DNA of 64,000 nucleotides from a virus (Duplodnaviria > Caudoviricetes): the IMG/VR virus record IMGVR_UViG_3300005573_001593, positions 1 to 64,000 of that record; one strand, written 5' to 3'. Made by a program: the position numbers and the translations under genes. Under the pieces are notes generated by a model. That model was not told the origin of the DNA. It saw only the letters and a program-made list of their open reading frames with translations, and did no database searches. Each line of letters begins with the position of its first letter. Position 1 is the stretch's first letter. Of the stretch, positions 9,063 through 18,286 are shown piece after piece.

Positions 9063-9238
9063 GCTTCGGTCGCCTTTCTCTCGTCTTGCTCTCCCCACTC
9101 CATCCGGCCCCGCGCGTGCCGCGCACAGTAGCCGACCCGCACGAGCCGCTTGCGATGCTGTTCCTCGCAGAGCACGACCGCTCGCGCCAGGCAGCCTTGT
9201 TGCGCGCATTTGAGGTATGGTCTCTGGCGTTCTTTCAC
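9059..9238 (-). CDS. Small Cys/His-containing hypothetical protein
   Basis: CAQQGC...C..H...YCARH; overlaps both neighbours by 4 nt. Confidence 0.45.
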   Translation of the reverse strand: MKERQRPYLKCAQQGCLARAVVLCEEQHRKRLVRVGYCARHARGRMEWGEQDERKATEA

Positions 9239-9975
9239 CCTGCCGCCTCGCTTTCTCCATCGCACACCGTCCACAAGAGGTCAATCATGGCTTCGAATGC
9301 GCGCATCCAGCGCTCTCGCTCGCCCAGTGTCCAGGTCCGCGCCGGCGGCAACAACTCGAGCAGTTCTGTGAGCACATGCGGCGCGGAGGCGTGCTCTGTC
9401 CGCTTCTCTTGTCGCGGCTCACGGTGGGTCGCGATACCGTCTTCAGTCGCAGGGATTGCTAGCATGTTCTTCCGTGGGCGCGGGCTGGCGTGATACTCCA
9501 TCTGTCTACCAATGAACTTGCCGGAGCACGTCCGGGAGCAGAAGCGCTGCGTGTTTGAGTTGGGCGTAAACTGCTGGCCGCACTGTGGGCATTGTTTTTT
9601 GGCGCGCTGGGTGACCGTGGATTGATGCTCCTCCTGATGGCTCTCGTGAGAGGCAACCACGACATGCGCGGGACTCGGCTGTGCGGCAGCTTCGTCAGCA
9701 CCTGATGCCACCTTGACCAACTGTGCTGAGGCCTTACGTGAATAGGTCGTGGGATGGGGCTGGACATCCGGGGGATTTGAAAGACCAAGCGCAAGCGCAC
9801 GCTCGCGCACCGCGTACCACGGTACACCGAGTGCCTCACCGATTGCGCGCATGGTCGCCGTCGTCCCGTCATGCGCGTCGCGCAGGTAGTCGTCTTCCTC
9901 CGCGGTCCATAGATGGGTTTGCGGCACTGCCTGCGTTTTGGTATAGGGATCGGAGAGCAGGCGACCCTCAGACAT
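9235..9975 (-). CDS. HTH + zinc-finger hypothetical protein
   Basis: WTAEEDDYLR...IGEALG (Myb/HTH-like) and CPQCGQQF...RFCSRTC zinc finger. Confidence 0.6.
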   Translation of the reverse strand: MSEGRLLSDPYTKTQAVPQTHLWTAEEDDYLRDAHDGTTATMRAIGEALGVPWYAVRERALALGLSNPPDVQPHPTTYSRKASAQLVKVASGADEAAAQPSPAHVVVASHESHQEEHQSTVTQRAKKQCPQCGQQFTPNSNTQRFCSRTCSGKFIGRQMEYHASPRPRKNMLAIPATEDGIATHREPRQEKRTEHASAPHVLTELLELLPPARTWTLGERERWMRAFEAMIDLLWTVCDGESEAAG

Positions 9976-10381
9976 GGCGTGCCCCGCTATTCGTGCTTGT
10001 TGCTCCAGCACACGAGCTACACAGGTCGCTCTCCATCCAGAAGCAGCCCTCCTCACAGCCCCATTCGTCCGTGCAGCCACAGACGCGGCAGACGCGCACG
10101 CGTTCCTCCGGAGCTACATGCTCGATGTGGTCTTCGCGCAGCACCGTGTCGTGTGCCTCGATGGGATGTTCCTGACGCCTGACCCGGGTGACGTAGATGT
10201 GCCGTGGGAAGTGGACGAGATACCGGTTCATGCCCTGGCTCCGTCGCGTTGGGCGCACGACGATGCCCACCGCGCCTGCCACCATACGTCCATGGAGCAT
10301 GAGTTGCTCCTCTACGCTGCCTCGCACGCGCACCTGCTCGCCAGCAGTGAAGGCGAATGGGGCGCGTTTCGCTGTGCTCAT
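9968..10381 (-). CDS. Hypothetical protein, SH3/KOW-like N-terminus and C-terminal zinc ribbon
   Basis: FTAGEQVRVRG...; CRVCGCTDEWGCEEGCFWMESDLCSSC. Confidence 0.6.
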   Translation of the reverse strand: MSTAKRAPFAFTAGEQVRVRGSVEEQLMLHGRMVAGAVGIVVRPTRRSQGMNRYLVHFPRHIYVTRVRRQEHPIEAHDTVLREDHIEHVAPEERVRVCRVCGCTDEWGCEEGCFWMESDLCSSCAGATSTNSGARHV

Positions 10382-11262
10382 TGCGCCACCTCGCTTCCGA
10401 CATACCGGGCTTTCCCACAACTACTGCAGCGCTGGTAGCGTGCATCCGCTGCCCAGTAGTGCCAAGTGTGGACGTGATGCGCCTCGAAGGCAGCGGCGTG
10501 TTGTGCCAGTTCACACTCTTTGCGCTCTTGCTCTACGCGCTCTCGCGTCTTGCCCTGATAGAGCCGGTGGCCGCACGGCTCAGCGTAGACGCAGCGTCCA
10601 ACTTGCTTTTCGCGCTTGACCGGTGTGCCGCAGTGTGGACATGTGCCCTGTGCCAGGTGGGAGAGGAACGCGACAAACTGGCTATTGCTACGCTCTGTCT
10701 CGGCTCGCAGTCGCGCGAGCAGGTCAGGGTCATCGGCCAGCGCGGCAAGGATCTCGCCGTGGCAGGTGACGCCATGGATGTCGCCACCGATGCCGCCCTT
10801 CGGCGCACACCAGCAACCTAGCGTCTTGCCACGCAACTCAGGCAGGCGAGCAAGGATTTCCGGTTGTGTGAGGATCCACTCGCGATAGTTGCTGATGGCT
10901 GCTGCTGGGCTTTCACCACGAAGCACGCGATACCGATTTCCCCAGCCCTGATTGACGTACTTGGTTCCCGCCATCGTGCGGCCAATGTAGACGTCGTATG
11001 GATCCAGCTTCACGTGAACTACACGTGTCGCTGGCGTCGGTGTGAGCACGGGCACAAGGCGCGGCTCAACGCGCTCCAGGTGCGATCCGCGGACCCAATC
11101 GCGGCCAAAGCCATCATCGAACCGCACGATGTATCGCGGGTCGTGGGCAAGGTTGCCAACGCTGCACTCCTCGACGATCATGCCAGTGCGTCCATAGTGG
11201 CGGGACATGATTCCGTCGCCGCTGCCAATGCGGACATGTTCTCCAATAGCGAACTCGCTCAT
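10378..11262 (-). CDS. DUF4326-domain protein with extra N- and C-terminal domains
   Basis: YDVYIGR...WGNRY...LRGKTLGCWCAPK...CHGEILA is the DUF4326 signature; C-terminal CPHC...C..CGH. Confidence 0.75.
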   Translation of the reverse strand: MSEFAIGEHVRIGSGDGIMSRHYGRTGMIVEECSVGNLAHDPRYIVRFDDGFGRDWVRGSHLERVEPRLVPVLTPTPATRVVHVKLDPYDVYIGRTMAGTKYVNQGWGNRYRVLRGESPAAAISNYREWILTQPEILARLPELRGKTLGCWCAPKGGIGGDIHGVTCHGEILAALADDPDLLARLRAETERSNSQFVAFLSHLAQGTCPHCGTPVKREKQVGRCVYAEPCGHRLYQGKTRERVEQERKECELAQHAAAFEAHHVHTWHYWAADARYQRCSSCGKARYVGSEVAQ

Positions 11263-11738
11263 TGGCGCACCTCCGTGAACAGGTTCTGCTGTGCTACAAG
11301 CTGTCGCGTGCTTTCCCGATAGGAGACCGACTGTACGCGGCCCTTACGTACCTGCTTGCGAGTGAAGCCGATGCAGGCGTTCCCGTTTTGCCAGTCGGGG
11401 AATGGCACTTCGATTTCACGAGACCACCAGCGGTAGCGCCAGCCGCGGAAGCCCTGGATATACTCGGGGATCGTCACAGCTACTGCGCCACCGTGCCGCA
11501 CAAGACTGAAACGCCAGGGCTCATCGGGATTGAGGTCAATTCGCACGAGAGGCGCATAACCACGTAGCGCGCCGTTGTAAACGCAATACACGCGCTCACC
11601 GAGTCGGATGTTTGGGCGATTGCCGCCAAGATGGAAATCCCACTCGGTTCCCGACCAGGGAGCGCCAGCTGGGTCGCCCTCATCTACCCAGCGGTCCAGG
11701 CGGAAAGACAGCGGAATGGTCACGACGACATCGCTCAT
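11259..11738 (-). CDS. Hypothetical protein, possible ASCH/PUA-like fold
   Basis: GERVYCVYNGALRGYAPL...GFRGWRYRW resembles ASCH/EVE-like beta-barrel proteins (weak). Confidence 0.45.
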   Translation of the reverse strand: MSDVVVTIPLSFRLDRWVDEGDPAGAPWSGTEWDFHLGGNRPNIRLGERVYCVYNGALRGYAPLVRIDLNPDEPWRFSLVRHGGAVAVTIPEYIQGFRGWRYRWWSREIEVPFPDWQNGNACIGFTRKQVRKGRVQSVSYRESTRQLVAQQNLFTEVRQ

Positions 11739-11965
11739 TTCCGGTCTCCTATCTTCCGCGCACGAACGGCTGGACAGGTCGCAAAGTGGTTGGTATATGC
11801 TACAGATGGTGGAGCTGGTGCTACGGCGTAGGTTTCACGCTCGAAGTCCACGAGCACGTTGCCGCCTTCGCGGGTGTGCGCGTCAATCGGCGCGATCTTG
11901 CCCGTAGATACACTGCGCAGCCAGAGAATCTGGGCACCGCAGTACCGGCAGTACGAGAGTTTCAT
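11735..11965 (-). CDS. Small zinc-binding phage protein
   Basis: CRYCGAQILW...HFATCP. Confidence 0.65.
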   Translation of the reverse strand: MKLSYCRYCGAQILWLRSVSTGKIAPIDAHTREGGNVLVDFERETYAVAPAPPSVAYTNHFATCPAVRARKIGDRK

Positions 11966-12264
11966 GACCGCACCTCTTCGCCGAACAGGGACGATTGCTC
12001 CACGTGTGGCCGATCAGGACGCTGCGCGCTGCGAACGATGCTGCTCAGGCTGAACTTTGCCGGCGAGTCCAGCCAGACATTGCCAACCCGTTTCACGAAG
12101 ACGTACCAGCCCCAAATCTCCACGTGTTCGTCGTCGCCAAGATGTCCGCAACTATGCGCCATCATTTCGGGCGTGAGGCCGTCCGCCAGACACATCCGGA
12201 CGAAGCGCACGCCAGCGTCACGAACAATATCTCGCGTGAGCCCAGCGGGATAGGCGCTCATCAC
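11962..12264 (-). CDS. Hypothetical protein
   Basis: ATGA overlaps on both sides. Confidence 0.55.
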   Translation of the reverse strand: MMSAYPAGLTRDIVRDAGVRFVRMCLADGLTPEMMAHSCGHLGDDEHVEIWGWYVFVKRVGNVWLDSPAKFSLSSIVRSAQRPDRPHVEQSSLFGEEVRS

Positions 12265-12500
12265 TGCACCCTCCCACGCTCCGCCAGGATCGCCACGTAC
12301 TCGCGCGCCGGAATGAACCGGCCACGCATCACCGCATTCAGTGCCTTACGGCTGCAGCGCTTGCAGCGGCTCTGACTGCCGTAGAAACCGTCGCGCCAGT
12401 CCAGCTCGTGCTGGCACTCGACGCAGACCGGCTTCTCAGGCGCCGCCAGCGTAGCGGTCTTGCGGATGCGTGGCTTGCGCGCGGTGGTTGTCGTGCTCAT
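12261..12500 (-). CDS. Small zinc-finger hypothetical protein
   Basis: CVEC...CKRC; operon chain. Confidence 0.55.
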   Translation of the reverse strand: MSTTTTARKPRIRKTATLAAPEKPVCVECQHELDWRDGFYGSQSRCKRCSRKALNAVMRGRFIPAREYVAILAERGRVQ

Positions 12501-12904
12501 GCCGTTTCCCGCCCTTCTCGTGGCTCTGGCAGTTCGTAACGACCAAGCGCATCGCGCAGCTCACGCGCCTGCCAGAGCGGCACGAAGAAGCCCCATTCCT
12601 GCGGCTTCGTTGCGTTCTTGTCCGCAGGCAGACAGACGACGAGATAACCGAGAGACATGGCATCGAGCACTTCGACATGCTCATCGTCGGCGTTGTGTGG
12701 CTTCTGTGGCTGTGGGATGCCCTGCTCGTTCAGGCCGAGGACATTCGCCAGCACGCGCTTGCGTGTCTTTGCCTCGTACCACTGGCTGCGGCAGATCCGC
12801 CACTGGGCGCTGTCACCCTTGGCGAGATTCATCCTTTTCAGCGCTTCCGCCTCATCGCGGCGTGCGCGGATATAGAGTTCAGCGACTTCGACAAGCGTCT
12901 TCAC
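12497..12904 (-). CDS. Hypothetical protein
   Basis: Operon chain with overlapping stop/start. Confidence 0.55.
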   Translation of the reverse strand: MKTLVEVAELYIRARRDEAEALKRMNLAKGDSAQWRICRSQWYEAKTRKRVLANVLGLNEQGIPQPQKPHNADDEHVEVLDAMSLGYLVVCLPADKNATKPQEWGFFVPLWQARELRDALGRYELPEPREGRETA

Positions 12905-12908
12905 GTGA

Positions 12909-13223
12909 TCACCTCAATGCGATCTCTATGAGGTCCCAGTCTGACGGGCGCCAGATGTAGGTTTCCACTCCAGGCACGGTGCGTAGCGTTTCGAGCCAGA
13001 CCTTCTGCTCGGCGCGGAGTCTTCCACGCTCGCTCTTGAGTTCAGCGAAAATCAGTCGTCCGCTTCGCACGAATATGAGATCAGGCAGACCGGCATGGTT
13101 GCGTTTGCTGTCGTAGTCGTGCCACCAGAGCCAGCCCCGTGCGGATGCATAGTCAGTGACGGCCGTCTGGAACTGCGCCTCCGTCTGTCGAACACACGCC
13201 ACACGAGCTTTGGCGCGACGCAT
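12909..13223 (-). CDS. VRR-NUC domain nuclease
   Basis: EAQFQTAV...GLPDLIFVR...FAELKSERGRLRAEQKVW PD-(D/E)xK pattern. Confidence 0.85.
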   Translation of the reverse strand: MRRAKARVACVRQTEAQFQTAVTDYASARGWLWWHDYDSKRNHAGLPDLIFVRSGRLIFAELKSERGRLRAEQKVWLETLRTVPGVETYIWRPSDWDLIEIALR

Positions 13224-13225
13224 GA

Positions 13226-13465
13226 CTATTCAAGCGGCAGTTCGCGCTGAGCGAGCTCACCGAACGCCTCACGTAACCGCTTGAGCGCCTGACGCATCTT
13301 CGTGAGACACTCGCCCAGTTCCTGCTCTTCAGTGGATCCACCCAGGGCAAACGCGTAGGTCGATGCGAGGTCACGGCGGATCTGCTCGCCAAGCTTGATG
13401 GAGCGCTCGACAGTCTCTACCGCATCCGCACGTGTGGTGACGGCCACCGGTTTGATGCTAGCCAC
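13226..13465 (-). CDS. Hypothetical coiled-coil protein
   Basis: GTG start after a GGAG RBS; first gene of the leftward chain. Confidence 0.55.
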   Translation of the reverse strand: MASIKPVAVTTRADAVETVERSIKLGEQIRRDLASTYAFALGGSTEEQELGECLTKMRQALKRLREAFGELAQRELPLE

Positions 13466-13492
13466 TCGTCTATTCTCCTAATGATAGTTTGT

Positions 13493-13508
13493 ATTCCCTT
13501 TAGGGAAC
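13493..13508. promoter_or_regulatory. Palindromic operator TTCCCT-N2-AGGGAA; related copies at 13766, 13787 and 19058
   Basis: Sequence ATTCCCTTTAGGGAAC; related GTTC(C/T)CTT half-sites recur in three intergenic promoter regions. Confidence 0.5.
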
Positions 13509-13523
13509 GACAACCGTACAACA

Positions 13524-13709
13524 CTACGCGACGTGGTGCGCTGCGTCCTCGCGCTCATAGTACTGTGCGACGATATGCCGCAACTGGTCGACAAATGTCC
13601 TGTGCTCACGCTCCGCGCTGGCTTTCACCCGGTCGTAGAGCGCGATCGGCAGCGTGCCGCTGATAGGCCGTCTTGTCTGGTGTGGCGGCTGCTGTGTCCT
13701 CTTCCGCAT
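13524..13709 (-). CDS. Ribbon-helix-helix (Arc/Cro-position) regulator
   Basis: ISGTLPIALYDRVKASAEREHRTFVDQLRHIVAQYY; divergent from the repressor gene. Confidence 0.7.
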   Translation of the reverse strand: MRKRTQQPPHQTRRPISGTLPIALYDRVKASAEREHRTFVDQLRHIVAQYYEREDAAHHVA

Positions 13710-13880
13710 GCTGGTACCCCTCTGAGAAGATGTCCTGCTTAAGCCCCTTGGTAGTCTACTGTTTTGTTCTCTTAATGTCAATACGTGTTCCCTTATAGTA
13801 ACGTCACAGGGCTAAACTTGTGAGCATTAATGAAAACTGCTACACTACTGATGATGTTGATAACGAGGGAGCAGGCTCCT

Positions 13881-14522
13881 ATGACCGACGAACCGACGCG
13901 ACACCGTCTCGAAGAGATTCCCCCTGCAGTACCCAAGCCGCAGGCGGCACGCGCTTTCGCACGTGAAGTGAATAGCGGCGCGTTCCTTCGGCGCATCAAC
14001 CGCATGGCGCGCGCGGCGCGACTGGCCAATCATGAGTCTATGGCCGCACTGGTCAAAGCCGCGCAAGATGACGGCATGCAACTCAGTGTTGGACGCATCT
14101 CACGCCTGGAGACACGCTCCCAGCGCAACGAGGTCGACGCGATCGCGCTGCTCTACATCCTGCTGCGCGGTGGCTACGACCTACCCGACCTCTATCCGCC
14201 TGCGGGTGGGACATCTCTCACCGAAGAGGAGCAGACGCTGCTGCGTAACTATCGCGCGGCACCTCCCTCCACACGTGGAGAGATCGTCCGCTACAGTGGT
14301 TACATGGCGCGCGGCATCTTCGCTGACGAACGTCCGAGTAATGTGCACGCGCTGCCACGTCCCGAGCGCACGGAGGAAGACGAATTCGCTAGCGACGAGC
14401 TCGCCCATGAGGCGCACGCGAAGGTCCAGGAGCAGCGGGAGCGCATCCAGAGACGCCGCGAGAGCGAGAGTCAGACGGCCAGTCGCAAGCACAAGCGCCG
14501 CTTCTATGGGAACGGCGGATAG
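13881..14522 (+). CDS. CI-like XRE-type repressor
   Basis: HTH-like SMAALVKAA...LSVGRISRLE; LTEEEQTLLRNYRAAPP helix common after XRE domains. Start at 13881 after GAGGGAG. Confidence 0.6.
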   Translation: MTDEPTRHRLEEIPPAVPKPQAARAFAREVNSGAFLRRINRMARAARLANHESMAALVKAAQDDGMQLSVGRISRLETRSQRNEVDAIALLYILLRGGYDLPDLYPPAGGTSLTEEEQTLLRNYRAAPPSTRGEIVRYSGYMARGIFADERPSNVHALPRPERTEEDEFASDELAHEAHAKVQEQRERIQRRRESESQTASRKHKRRFYGNGG

Positions 14523-15814
14523 CGCAGCAGCGCCGACGGCTCAGCCAACCAGAGCGCGACCCGCTGTGCCGCGCTACGATAGATGCCCCAGCGTGATGTC
14601 TCACTATAGAGCCCCGAGGAGCGCGCTACCTGATCGCGCCATGTGCCGAGTTCAGGCGATTCCGCTAGCAGGATATCGGTCCAGGCGCACAGATCGTCTG
14701 CGTTCTGAATCATGAGCGCATCCTGTGCCAGACGATCAGTAATGATCGCTCGGGGGACGGCCGCTGCGCGAGCGAGATAGTCGCTATAGTGCGCCCAGGC
14801 AGCGCGAGCGAATTCCTCCGCAGTGCGGCAGGATGCGCGTAGCGCTGGAAGCACCCGCAGCGCCTGTTGCTCGACTGCCTGAGCGCGAGCACGTCCAAGT
14901 CGCGGCACCTCGTGGCGCAGCACTGGGCCGAGGCCCAGGTAGGTCGCGGTGAACGTATCCAGCGCGTCATGCGCTGCTACAAGCGTGTTCGTCTGGTGCC
15001 AGAGCCAGGTATAATAGCTGCCGTGCCAGCGCTGCCAGAGATGGCGTGCGAATCCTTCGGCTGGTGCGAATGTGGCAACCAGAGTGCGCGCGGGTGGTAC
15101 CTCACGTGGCGGCTCACAGTACCAGCGCGTCCAGAGGGTAGCGAGGAGGTAGCGCGTGAAGGGGCGTGCCTCGATGGCGTGCTCCAGACGCAGAGCGTAA
15201 TCTTCCCAGCCAGCACTGGAAGGCTCTACCGGAGCCAGTGCTGGCGCCAGCCAGATGCGCCGGTGCGGGATGTCCATGAGTGCCAGAGCAGGATGCGGCA
15301 GGAAACTGTCGCGAATGGCGATATGGAAACTATGTGCGACCAGGCGTGTCACATTGATCGGCGCCGCAGCCGGCATGGCGAGTGCGGTGAGTGACACGGC
15401 CCGCGGTCCTGTCCGGACACCGGCGGGAGGCGTTGCCACAGCGACTGTCGGTTGCGGTCGCACTGATCCCGGCCGCGTGACGTGCCGCTGAGCCTGCGGA
15501 GCGGGTGGCAGGTCAGGTGTGATCGGCATGCTAGCGAGTGGTGGAAGCGTCGGATGGGTCGGACGCCAAAATGGTGGCTCCGCAGGCTCAAGGAAGCGAC
15601 GCACCAGGTCGGCGTCCAGTGGCGAGAGCGCCTCTACTTCGTCTGTGGTGTCGCGCCGCGGTGGCTGGGACCAACGCTGGGTAAGCCGCTGCTCCAGCTC
15701 TCCGGTTACCTGGTCGAGTGCGTCGAGAGGACCACTTTCGGTCAGCCGCGCCGACTCACCTTCGCGCGCATCGTCGCCATCGTCACCGTTGGGCCATCCA
15801 TGCAGCGTTGCCAC
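14504..15814 (-). CDS. Hypothetical protein with Pro-rich linker
   Basis: 436-aa ORF with coding-like composition; no family recognised. Confidence 0.55.
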   Translation of the reverse strand: MATLHGWPNGDDGDDAREGESARLTESGPLDALDQVTGELEQRLTQRWSQPPRRDTTDEVEALSPLDADLVRRFLEPAEPPFWRPTHPTLPPLASMPITPDLPPAPQAQRHVTRPGSVRPQPTVAVATPPAGVRTGPRAVSLTALAMPAAAPINVTRLVAHSFHIAIRDSFLPHPALALMDIPHRRIWLAPALAPVEPSSAGWEDYALRLEHAIEARPFTRYLLATLWTRWYCEPPREVPPARTLVATFAPAEGFARHLWQRWHGSYYTWLWHQTNTLVAAHDALDTFTATYLGLGPVLRHEVPRLGRARAQAVEQQALRVLPALRASCRTAEEFARAAWAHYSDYLARAAAVPRAIITDRLAQDALMIQNADDLCAWTDILLAESPELGTWRDQVARSSGLYSETSRWGIYRSAAQRVALWLAEPSALLRYPPFP

Positions 15815-15947
15815 CGAAATCGCCTCCTTCGCATCAAGACCTCATTCCATTAGCGCCATTCCTGCTGAGTCTCGTGGTGGCAAGGATAGCACGCCGGTTG
15901 CTCCTATACAAGAGACGTGCCGACACATATACGCAGAGGTGTCGGCA

Positions 15948-16628
15948 TTATGACTTAGACCGCTTGGCTGAGTTGAGAAATTCTTGCGGAATGGAAGACG
16001 GATCGTCATCTGCGGCGTCTGCGGTGTAGAGTGCCCGGCCCAGCCGCCGCCGTCCGGCCGGGCTATTCAAGTCCTGGCGAATCGTCTCCCATTCCGCTTC
16101 AGAGATGCCAAGCCAGCGCAGTCGCTCCGCGAGCCACTGACTAAAGCGCCACTCGCGATCGAGGAGATTGGCGATGTGGGTGCGAAATGCCGGGTCGGGG
16201 ATTTCCGTTTCGAGCCGGGCCAAGGTCTCCTGATACTCCACTTCACTGCGCAGCATCGCCGGCGCCGGCCCGAGAAGCGGCATCACGGCATCCCAGTCAA
16301 GCTGGCCTGAGCGTAGCAGGATCGCGATCTCGGAGATATCGAGCGCGGCTGCCAGACCGCGGGCGGTTGGGTGAGTCGGAATCGAGCCGCGATAGACGAC
16401 GGTGCGCAGAGTCTCGATGGAGACAGGGGCGTCGGGTATCTTTTCGGCGATGACGCGTTCGAGTCTGGGCAGGTGATAGTGGATCTTGCCGTCCGAGTCC
16501 CAGTACGCATACCGGTGCTGGATGAGCTGAGCGGTTAACCACGCACGCCACAGGCGCACCTGTTCTTCCGACAGCCTCCGCTGTGGTGGCGTGCGCTGTT
16601 CCGCTGGCTGCTGTATGACATCGGACAT
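15948..16628 (-). CDS. Putative XRE-like repressor (second switch)
   Basis: VSIETLRTVVYRGSIPTHPTARGLAAALDISEIAILLRSG resembles an XRE HTH; divergent from 16821 across an operator array. Confidence 0.55.
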   Translation of the reverse strand: MSDVIQQPAEQRTPPQRRLSEEQVRLWRAWLTAQLIQHRYAYWDSDGKIHYHLPRLERVIAEKIPDAPVSIETLRTVVYRGSIPTHPTARGLAAALDISEIAILLRSGQLDWDAVMPLLGPAPAMLRSEVEYQETLARLETEIPDPAFRTHIANLLDREWRFSQWLAERLRWLGISEAEWETIRQDLNSPAGRRRLGRALYTADAADDDPSSIPQEFLNSAKRSKS

Positions 16629-16693
16629 GCTGTGTCCCTCTCCGTTGTCTCGTGTCGCATCTCGTGTGGCCCCTATGGGCAGTGTACCAGATA

Positions 16694-16794
16694 GTGTGAC
16701 GCGTGACCCGATCGTGTGACGCGTCACATGACGTTTAGGCTACCGGTTGCTTTTGTCTCGTGTGATGCGTCACACTACGTAGTGACACGTCACA
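16694..16794. promoter_or_regulatory. Array of four TGTGA-N4-TCACA operator palindromes
   Basis: TGTGACGCGTGAC (16695), perfect TGTGACGCGTCACA (16715-16728), TGTGATGCGTCACA (16761-16774), AGTGACACGTCACA (16781-16794). Confidence 0.7.
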
Positions 16795-16820
16795 CGATAC
16801 AGCCCCAGGAGGATGAGACG

Positions 16821-17435
16821 ATGACGAGACGGCGTCGACAGCATCGTTCGGGCGGTTCTGGCCGTTCGGGCACTGGGCACATCGTCCACCTGGAGCATCG
16901 CGACGTGCAGGCGGAGGCGCAAGCGACACTGGACGCGCTCGACGTGGCGCTCAGCATCGCGCGGCGGACCTACCAGGTGGATGTGCAGTTTGTGAGCGAT
17001 GCTGAGCTGTGGCGGCACGCGGATCTTGCGCCACGGACGGATCGTCAGTTGCTGGCGGTCGGTTGCACGCTCCAGACAGCGCACCTCTCCTCGCAGGTTC
17101 GGTTGTCGTGGCGCGTCCTGGAGCGTTTGGGAGCGGTGGACGTCCGATCGGTGGATGTGCTGCGCGGTGAACAGTTGCGTGGATGCCTGCTGGGAGTCGC
17201 TGCGTCGCTCACCCCGCAACATGTCCATAGACGCGCGGCGCGCTTTGTCGGCGAAGCTGTCGGCGAAACGATCGTAGTACGCGAACTCGGACACGCGTCC
17301 ATCTGCGCGATATGTCTGGCTGATGACCAGACATGGCAAACGCTTGTGGGGAGAAACCGGCGCCGGCGCGAGATCGAGCAGGCGCTGCGTGAGAACCGGC
17401 GCGTGTTTGTGGACGCGTCGCTGCCACGGCATTGA
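16821..17435 (+). CDS. Hypothetical protein
   Basis: ATG after AGGAGG; no family recognised. Confidence 0.55.
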   Translation: MTRRRRQHRSGGSGRSGTGHIVHLEHRDVQAEAQATLDALDVALSIARRTYQVDVQFVSDAELWRHADLAPRTDRQLLAVGCTLQTAHLSSQVRLSWRVLERLGAVDVRSVDVLRGEQLRGCLLGVAASLTPQHVHRRAARFVGEAVGETIVVRELGHASICAICLADDQTWQTLVGRNRRRREIEQALRENRRVFVDASLPRH

Positions 17436-17440
17436 CCTGG

Positions 17441-17656
17441 TTAGGCTGCCGTGGCGCGTTCAGATTTTGGGGGCGTGCGCACCTTCATGTGTCGCGCCAG
17501 CGCCTCAACGTCAGCGCGACGGATCAGACGCGAGCGGCGGTCCGCTTCATTCTCAATCGTCTCAAGCTTGCCACGCTTGATGAGATCAGTCATCTTGTAC
17601 TTGGAAACACCCAGGATTTCTCGGGCTTCCGCGACGGTCACGTACTCGTCAGTCAT
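17441..17656 (-). CDS. HTH_17/MerR-like DNA-binding protein
   Basis: YVTVAEAREILGVSKYKMTDLIKRGKL...RLIRRADVEAL. Confidence 0.8.
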   Translation of the reverse strand: MTDEYVTVAEAREILGVSKYKMTDLIKRGKLETIENEADRRSRLIRRADVEALARHMKVRTPPKSERATAA

Positions 17657-17753
17657 GTCACCTCCCCCATCCAGGAATGACTTGCCAATGCTCCAATAGT
17701 AATGGATGTTCCCGAAAGTTGTCAAACTTGGCGGAAATTAATACCAAATAAGC

Positions 17754-17782
17754 TTGACTAGTAAAAAATAGACGTGTATAAT
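17754..17782 (+). promoter_or_regulatory. Near-consensus sigma70 promoter TTGACT-N17-TATAAT
   Basis: Directly visible; upstream of the 17834 operon. Confidence 0.75.
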
Positions 17783-17833
17783 CTTCAGTAGAGATGAGAG
17801 AGAACCAGCAGGCACGGAGCGGAGGCGATCGAG

Positions 17834-18166
17834 ATGGCACGCTGCAGAATTTGTCACCGGCCCATGAGCAATCCTGATCACATCGCCGCGGGCATGGGTC
17901 CAGTATGTGCCGCTAAAGCCGCGCGACAGGCCGGCGATCGCACTGCGGCGTATCCTCGTGATCGCTACGAGCGCATCCTGCGTGGTCTTGAGAAGCTGGC
18001 TGGGATGCTGGCTCAGGCGACCGCATACGACGTGTGGGCGCGGGCCGAGGGCAGTGCGGCGGAAAAGACTGAGGCCGCGTGGCAGCTGCGTCTCATCAAC
18101 CACTGGTACGAGCGTGCAAAGCGGATGGAGCAGCACGCACGGCGACTGCTTCATCGTGCGGCGTAG
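17834..18166 (+). CDS. DUF6011-like zinc-binding protein
   Basis: CRICHRPMSNPDHIAAGMGPVC. Confidence 0.7.
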   Translation: MARCRICHRPMSNPDHIAAGMGPVCAAKAARQAGDRTAAYPRDRYERILRGLEKLAGMLAQATAYDVWARAEGSAAEKTEAAWQLRLINHWYERAKRMEQHARRLLHRAA

Positions 18167-18286
18167 AAAGGCGAGAGTGACATGGGTTTTGGTCGTTATT
18201 TGTTGCGAGCCAGCACGCGCTATGTGGTCCGCCGCGCGGTCTTCCGCGCGTATCCGCGAGCGCGGCGCTCTTGGTGGTGGTGATGG

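Noticed and set aside
16694-16794. CRP/FNR-type sites or a CRISPR-like repeat
   Set aside because: The half-site spacing is N4, not N6. The repeats are short with no unique 30-40 bp spacers and no cas genes, so a local operator array fits better.
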